43,928 nt of DNA from an uncultured archaeon (GTDB taxonomy: Archaea; Asgardarchaeota; Lokiarchaeia; Sigyniarchaeales; SOKP01). A program made the translations under genes and the position numbers. Below the pieces are notes generated by a model. The model ran no database searches and was not told the DNA's origin. It saw only the letters and a list, made by a program, of their open reading frames with translations. The stretch is from assembly GCA_964525635.1 (NCBI GenBank), contig CAZGJX010000023.1, forward strand, positions 1 to 43,928. Reading direction: 5' to 3'. Below are positions 38,845 to 43,928 of the stretch, in pieces; positions within the stretch are counted from its first letter, which is position 1, and each line of letters opens with the position of its first letter.

Positions 38845-39393
38845 ATGAAAAATAAAACAAAAGCAATATTTTTAGATAGAGATGGAGTAATCAATAAAGA
38901 AGTGAGTTATCTTTCAAATCCAAATGAATTTATTTTATTAGAGGGAACAATAGAAGCTCTTAATATTTTAAAAAAGAAAGGATTTTTACTTATTATAATT
39001 ACAAATCAAGCAGGAATCGCACGAGGTTATTTTACAGAAGAAACATTAAATGATATACATAAAAAAATGGTTCAAATTCTAAAAAAAAATGGTATTAGTA
39101 TAGATGATATTTTCTATTGTCCTCATCATCCTAAATTTAGTGGTTCATGTGAATGTAGAAAACCAAATCCAGGAATGATTTTAAAAGCAAAAATAAGATA
39201 TAATATAAATCTCGAGAATTCTTATATGATTGGAGATACTCTAAATGATATTAAAACTGGAAAAAACGCAGGTTGTAAGACCATTTTAGTTTTAACTGGA
39301 TATGGTTTGTTGGAAAGGGAAAAAATTAATGATATAAAACCTGATTATATTTACAAAAACTTATTAGAGTTTGCCGAAAAAATAAAATTATAA
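38845..39393 (+). CDS. gmhB: heptose-1,7-bisphosphate phosphatase (HAD)
   Basis: FLDRDGVIN, TNQAGI, CPHHP..C.CRKP and MIGD motifs. Confidence 0.94.
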   Translation: MKNKTKAIFLDRDGVINKEVSYLSNPNEFILLEGTIEALNILKKKGFLLIIITNQAGIARGYFTEETLNDIHKKMVQILKKNGISIDDIFYCPHHPKFSGSCECRKPNPGMILKAKIRYNINLENSYMIGDTLNDIKTGKNAGCKTILVLTGYGLLEREKINDIKPDYIYKNLLEFAEKIKL

Positions 39394-39436
39394 TTAATAT
39401 TATAAACAATAAAAAAATAAAACCTAGTGAATTTAG

Positions 39437-40096
39437 ATGAAATTTTTTATAGATACAGCAAATTTAAACCAAATTAGAGAATACCAAGAATTAGGTATAT
39501 TAGATGGAGTTACAACTAACCCAAGCCTTCTCGCTAAAGAAGGTGCAGATCCAATAGAGCAATTAAAGAAAATATGTGAGATTGTAGATGGTCCCATTAG
39601 TGCTGAGGTTATTGGATTAACAACGGATGATATGGTAAAAGAAGCTAAAGAATTAATGAAAATTGCTCCCAATATTGTAATTAAAATACCATTCACTAAA
39701 GAGGGAATTAAAGCAGTTAAATTATTAGAACCAGAAGGAATTAGGACAAATGTAACTTTAATTTTTTCTCAAAATCAAGTATTAATTGCAGCAAAGGCAG
39801 GAGCTTCTTTTATAAGTCCTTTTATTGGAAGATTGATGGATAATGGTCAAAATGAAATTGATATGTTAAAAGAATCAATGAATATAATTAACGCTTATGG
39901 TTTTAAATCTGAAATAATTGCAGCATCAATTAGAAATGCTAGACATGTAATTGAAGCAGCAAAAATGGGTGTTCATATTTCTACTATCCCATTTGATGTA
40001 TTAGAAAAAATGTTTAAACACCCAAGAACAGATGAAGGATTAAAGGCATTTCTTAAAGATTGGGAAAAATTACAAAAAGAATTAAAAACAAAATAA
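39437..40096 (+). CDS. tal: transaldolase (short TalC/FSA type)
   Basis: [25 protein letters not shown] (Phe favours transaldolase over FSA) and AASIR motifs. Confidence 0.92.
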   Translation: MKFFIDTANLNQIREYQELGILDGVTTNPSLLAKEGADPIEQLKKICEIVDGPISAEVIGLTTDDMVKEAKELMKIAPNIVIKIPFTKEGIKAVKLLEPEGIRTNVTLIFSQNQVLIAAKAGASFISPFIGRLMDNGQNEIDMLKESMNIINAYGFKSEIIAASIRNARHVIEAAKMGVHISTIPFDVLEKMFKHPRTDEGLKAFLKDWEKLQKELKTK

Positions 40097-40109
40097 TTCT
40101 ATTTTTAAT

Positions 40110-41093
40110 ATGAGTTTAATTGAAGAGATTAAGAGCTGGAATGCAAAAAAAGTATTGGTAATTGGAGAAGCATTAATAGATAAATATATAACAGGTCAAG
40201 CAGATAGAATTTCTCCTGATGCTCCAGTACCAAGTATAAAAGTAGAAAATAACTCCATATATTTAGGTGGTATTGGACTTGTTTTAAAAATAATTAAAAC
40301 TTTAGGTGGAAGTCCTGAGATTTGTACTTTAGTAGGAGAAGATTACGAGGGTGAATATTTCTTAAAAAGAATAAAAGAACTTTCAGTAGAATCATCTGGA
40401 ATCGTAATTGATAAATCTATAAGCACTCCACAAGTGACTAGAATAAAAGCAATGAATCAACACGTACTCCGATTAGAGACCGATTATAGGACAGATATTC
40501 CTAAGTCAACTATCAATAAATTTTTTGAAATTTTATCTTCAAGGTCCTCCGATTTTGACTCTATTTTAATTTTAGATTATGGAATAGGAGGATTATTTCA
40601 AAATAAATTTATATACAATTTATTACAAAAAATTAGAGAAAATTTTAAAGCACCCATTATCGCTCGTCCTAATTTTAACAATTATTATCTTTATGAAAAA
40701 ATAGATATGATCAGATTAAATCTTCAAAAGGCTCTTCATGCTTTATCTATTGAATGTTGCAATGATACTAGTGTTTCAATAATTGGAAAAAGAATTATTA
40801 ATGGCACTAAATGTAATAATGTTTTATTAAATTATATAGAGTCTAAATCCTTTCTATTTGAAAAAACTAAAGAGAATTTTAAAGTTCTACAATCATCTAT
40901 GGATGTACCTATTAGGAGTTTTGTTGCTGTAGGAAGTGTTATTATGGCAATTTTAGGATTATCCTATGCTTCTGATTTTCCTGTATTAGAAACTACAAGA
41001 TTAGCTTTAAAAGCAGCTTGCCTTTCTGCTTCCTTACCTCCTATTGAATTTTTTAATCAAGAAAAACTTATAAAACACATTTCAAGTGATTAA
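40110..41093 (+). CDS. HldE/RfaE domain-I (PfkB) heptose kinase homolog with degenerate active site
   Basis: VLVIGE..ID.Y..G...RISPDAPVP is retained; the PfkB GAGD motif is replaced by AVGS. Confidence 0.82.
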   Translation: MSLIEEIKSWNAKKVLVIGEALIDKYITGQADRISPDAPVPSIKVENNSIYLGGIGLVLKIIKTLGGSPEICTLVGEDYEGEYFLKRIKELSVESSGIVIDKSISTPQVTRIKAMNQHVLRLETDYRTDIPKSTINKFFEILSSRSSDFDSILILDYGIGGLFQNKFIYNLLQKIRENFKAPIIARPNFNNYYLYEKIDMIRLNLQKALHALSIECCNDTSVSIIGKRIINGTKCNNVLLNYIESKSFLFEKTKENFKVLQSSMDVPIRSFVAVGSVIMAILGLSYASDFPVLETTRLALKAACLSASLPPIEFFNQEKLIKHISSD

Positions 41094-41110
41094 ATAGTAG
41101 GTATTAAAAA

Positions 41111-41962
41111 ATGGAAACACCAATCTCTGAGGAAAAGGAATTTTTAACAGAAATCTTAGAAATTAAGAAAGATATCCTAAAGATGATTTGGCTTGCACAA
41201 TCAGGGCATCCCGGGGGGTCTCTCTCGTGTGTAAATTTGATTTATATTTTATATAAAAAGCTTATGAATATAGATTTTAAAAATCCAAATTGGAAAAATC
41301 GAGATATTTTTATTTTAAGTAAAGGACATGCTGCCCCAGCATATTATGCTGTTTTATCAAAAATAGGATATATTAAAAGAGAAGATCTGTTTTCTTTACG
41401 AAAATTTGGATCAATTCTTCAAGGACATCCTGTAAAGAATGAAAAAATAGGAATTGAAATATCAACAGGGGCCTTAGGAATGGGATTATCGATAGGAGTG
41501 GGGTGTGCTCTAGCTAGCAAATTAAAAGAGAAAAATAATCATATATATGTAATCCTTGGTGATGGAGAATTAAATGAAGGGGCCATATGGGAGGCTGCTA
41601 TGGCAGCAAGTCACTATAAATTAGATAATCTTATTGCAATTGTTGATCGTAATGGAATTCAAAGTGATGGGTCAACTGAAGAAATTATGGCTTTAGAACC
41701 ACTAGCAGATAAATGGAAAGCATTTGGTTGGGAAGTTATTGAGATAGATGGATCAAATATTATTGAAATTATAAATGGAATTAAAAAATCAAAAGAGATT
41801 ATACGTAAACCTACGGTAATTATATCATATCTAATAAAAGGAAGTGATGTTTCATTCATGGAACATACACAGAAATATCATGGAAGACCTCCAAATAAAG
41901 ATGAGTATGATATAGCCATTAATGAAATTGATAAACAAATAAATAAACTTCTTGGAGAATGA
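41111..41962 (+). CDS. tkt: transketolase N-terminal (TPP-binding) subunit
   Basis: SGHPGGSLS, LSKGHA, LQGHP, STGALGMG and GDGELNEG motifs. Confidence 0.95.
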   Translation: METPISEEKEFLTEILEIKKDILKMIWLAQSGHPGGSLSCVNLIYILYKKLMNIDFKNPNWKNRDIFILSKGHAAPAYYAVLSKIGYIKREDLFSLRKFGSILQGHPVKNEKIGIEISTGALGMGLSIGVGCALASKLKEKNNHIYVILGDGELNEGAIWEAAMAASHYKLDNLIAIVDRNGIQSDGSTEEIMALEPLADKWKAFGWEVIEIDGSNIIEIINGIKKSKEIIRKPTVIISYLIKGSDVSFMEHTQKYHGRPPNKDEYDIAINEIDKQINKLLGE

Positions 41963-41969
41963 AGAATAT

Positions 41970-42905
41970 ATGTCTGAAATACCTATGCGTGATATTTTCG
42001 GTAATTTTTTAGTAGAAAATGCTGAAAATTATAAGAATATGGTTGTTTTAAATTCAGATTTATCATTATCAACCAAAACGGATATTTTTGCTCAAAAATA
42101 CCCAAAACGTTTTTTTAATTTTGGAATTGCAGAACAAAATATGGTCGGTGCAGCTATGGGATTTGCAATTTCGGGGATAATACCAATTGTTAGCGGATTT
42201 TCATTATTTACCACTGGTAGAGCATGGGATTTTATTAGATTAGCTTGTCATGATAATTTAAATATTAAAATTATTACAACTCATGGGGGTTTAGTAGGAG
42301 GAGATGGAAGTACACATAGTGCTTTAGAAGATTTAAGCTTAATGTCTTCACTTCCAAATATGAAAATAATTATACCCGCTGATAATATTGAATTAATTGA
42401 AGTTTTAAAATACACTTTAAACATTGAGGGGCCTTTCTATATAAGATTACCTCGAGGTGTATTCCAAAAAATACATAAACCTAATTATAAATTTCATCCT
42501 GATAAAATAGATATAATTAAAGATGGAAACGATATTTGTATTATTGGAATTGGATATGGATCTAATCTTGCTTATCAATCCGTATTAAATTTAGAAAGAA
42601 AATTTGATATTTCTATTAAAATTATCAATTTATCATCGATAAAACCAATTCATATTGAAAATTTCATATCAGAAATAAAACAACATAAAGGCCTTATTAT
42701 AATTGAAGAACATAATATTTATTGTGGAATTGGAAGTATTATCGCTAGAATCGTTTCGGAGATATACCCCAAACCTATAAGAATTTTAGGAATTAAAGAT
42801 GATTTTGGACAATCAGGTCGGAGGGATGTTCTTTTGAACTATTTTGGAATAAATAATGTTAATATTGAAAATAAAATTAAGGAAATATTAAATATATCAA
42901 AATGA
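41970..42905 (+). CDS. tkt: transketolase C-terminal subunit
   Basis: GIAEQNM, DGSTH, YIRL and EEH motifs. ATG 41970 is preferred over TTG 41952. Confidence 0.94.
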   Translation: MSEIPMRDIFGNFLVENAENYKNMVVLNSDLSLSTKTDIFAQKYPKRFFNFGIAEQNMVGAAMGFAISGIIPIVSGFSLFTTGRAWDFIRLACHDNLNIKIITTHGGLVGGDGSTHSALEDLSLMSSLPNMKIIIPADNIELIEVLKYTLNIEGPFYIRLPRGVFQKIHKPNYKFHPDKIDIIKDGNDICIIGIGYGSNLAYQSVLNLERKFDISIKIINLSSIKPIHIENFISEIKQHKGLIIIEEHNIYCGIGSIIARIVSEIYPKPIRILGIKDDFGQSGRRDVLLNYFGINNVNIENKIKEILNISK

Positions 42906-43038
42906 AAATAATCTTTTACTATAATTAAAATAGCTAAGAAAGCGTTACTAAACTATTGACTATGTAAATTAAATTTATTTAATTTATATTTAAATCTCGA
43001 TATCCTATTTATAATTTAGAAGGATTGTTAATTTTGTT

Positions 43039-43764
43039 TTATTTTGTACAAAAATATATAAGATCTTTTTTATTTAGTCCATATCTATTTATCGTATTTT
43101 CCTTAAAATTCTCAATAAATCTCTCAACCTTAACTTTAAATCCTCCTTGTTTGAGTCTATCCTTAAAATCTCTTCCATATATCCTTACATGACCTTTTGC
43201 TCCAAATAAACGTTTTTGTTCTTCTGGTGTGACAATATTGAAATCCTCATATGTTTTTTCTAACTCTAAATCTATAGGACATTGAATAATTGCCCATCCT
43301 TTTGGTTTTAAAATCCTATAAAGTTCCATTATAGCTTTACGATCATTTTTTATATGTTCAAGGACATGAAGACATATTATAACATCAAAAAAATTATTTT
43401 TAAAATCAATATTTGTGATATCTATTTTATATTTAGCTTCATGAGATGATAAATCTGCAGTATAATATTCTAAATTCGGATTTTTATTAAATTTTTTTTG
43501 GAAACAATATTCTGGAGCAAAGTGTAGGACTTTACCCTGATATTTGAAAAAATTTGTATTATTTTTTAAATAAATATAAACAGCTCTATGTCTTTCCATA
43601 GAACCACAACCGGGACAACAAACGGAAATCCTACCTCTTGCTGGGAGAAATTTACGATATCCTTTATCACAGCAAGGACAATATTTAGTATTTCCTCTAT
43701 ATAGAAGAGATTTTAAATACAAGTATACTGCTTTAATTATCTTATTCTTTTTTATTAATATCAT
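43039..43764 (-). CDS. class I SAM-dependent methyltransferase with N-terminal Zn ribbon
   Basis: CPCC..CPGCGSMERHR, LHFAPE, HVLEH, RILKPKG and HVRIYG motifs. Confidence 0.9.
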   Translation of the reverse strand: MILIKKNKIIKAVYLYLKSLLYRGNTKYCPCCDKGYRKFLPARGRISVCCPGCGSMERHRAVYIYLKNNTNFFKYQGKVLHFAPEYCFQKKFNKNPNLEYYTADLSSHEAKYKIDITNIDFKNNFFDVIICLHVLEHIKNDRKAIMELYRILKPKGWAIIQCPIDLELEKTYEDFNIVTPEEQKRLFGAKGHVRIYGRDFKDRLKQGGFKVKVERFIENFKENTINRYGLNKKDLIYFCTK

Positions 43765-43928
43765 GATTTTATTATATTGTTAAGGAAATGACTTTTATTC
43801 ATATAATTTATCGTTATTTTTATGATTTAAGTTTTTAAGGATTATATAAATAAAAAAAAAGAATTTATTAAAGTGAGGGTATTTTAGAATTTAGGTAATG
43901 AATCTAAAATTAAAAATCATTCAAATAA

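Noticed and set aside
1252-41859. Short overlapping ORFs in the track (e.g. 1252-1458, 3472-3708, 4177-4437, 9393-9884, 12639-12926, 14836-15168, 24334-24570, 33380-33619, 39433-39696)
   Set aside because: Antisense or alternate-frame shadows of well-supported genes, with no motifs.
1-43928. CRISPR array, tRNA, rRNA, DGR template/variable repeats
   Set aside because: No regularly spaced repeats, GC-rich cloverleaf, reverse transcriptase or adenine-variable repeat pair was seen by eye; tRNAscan-SE, Infernal and a self dot-plot would confirm.

Overview
Very AT-rich archaeal chromosomal segment, most likely Asgard (Lokiarchaeia-like). That assignment is inferred from the Loki-type LRR N-terminal domain, the roadblock plus longin-Arf GTPase pair and a multi-UEV/RING protein. 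1-5 kb: accessory block of orphan ORFs and a mosaic LRR gene, ending at a phosphoribosyltransferase pseudogene whose C-terminal motif is flipped to the other strand. 5.6-15.5 kb: a Whirly-like protein, Xaa-Pro peptidase, TrmB, Lrp, a homocitrate/isopropylmalate-synthase-family enzyme, PHP, the roadblock plus longin-Arf GTPase operon (the GTPase appears to use an ATT/ATA start) and UPF0280. 15.5-30 kb: surface-glycan locus (GT2s, a GT-C-like membrane protein, NDP-sugar epimerases, flippase, FrhB-like protein, pyruvyltransferase). It is interrupted by an IS608-like tnpB-only element. An ISH3-type IS sits in the loop of that element's left-end hairpin, and its tnpB is broken by a stop codon and an exact 89-bp micro-inversion. 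30-35 kb: a protein with four UBC/RWD-like domains and a C4HC3 RING (FANCL/Listerin-like architecture), then ileS. 35-44 kb: a heptose-biosynthesis operon (hddA, gmhA, gmhB, a catalytically degenerate HldE kinase) interleaved with rpe, tal and tkt, plus a divergent GDP-sugar dehydratase/reductase and a methyltransferase. No tRNA, rRNA or CRISPR array was seen. All protein assignments come from motif recognition by eye; no searches were run.
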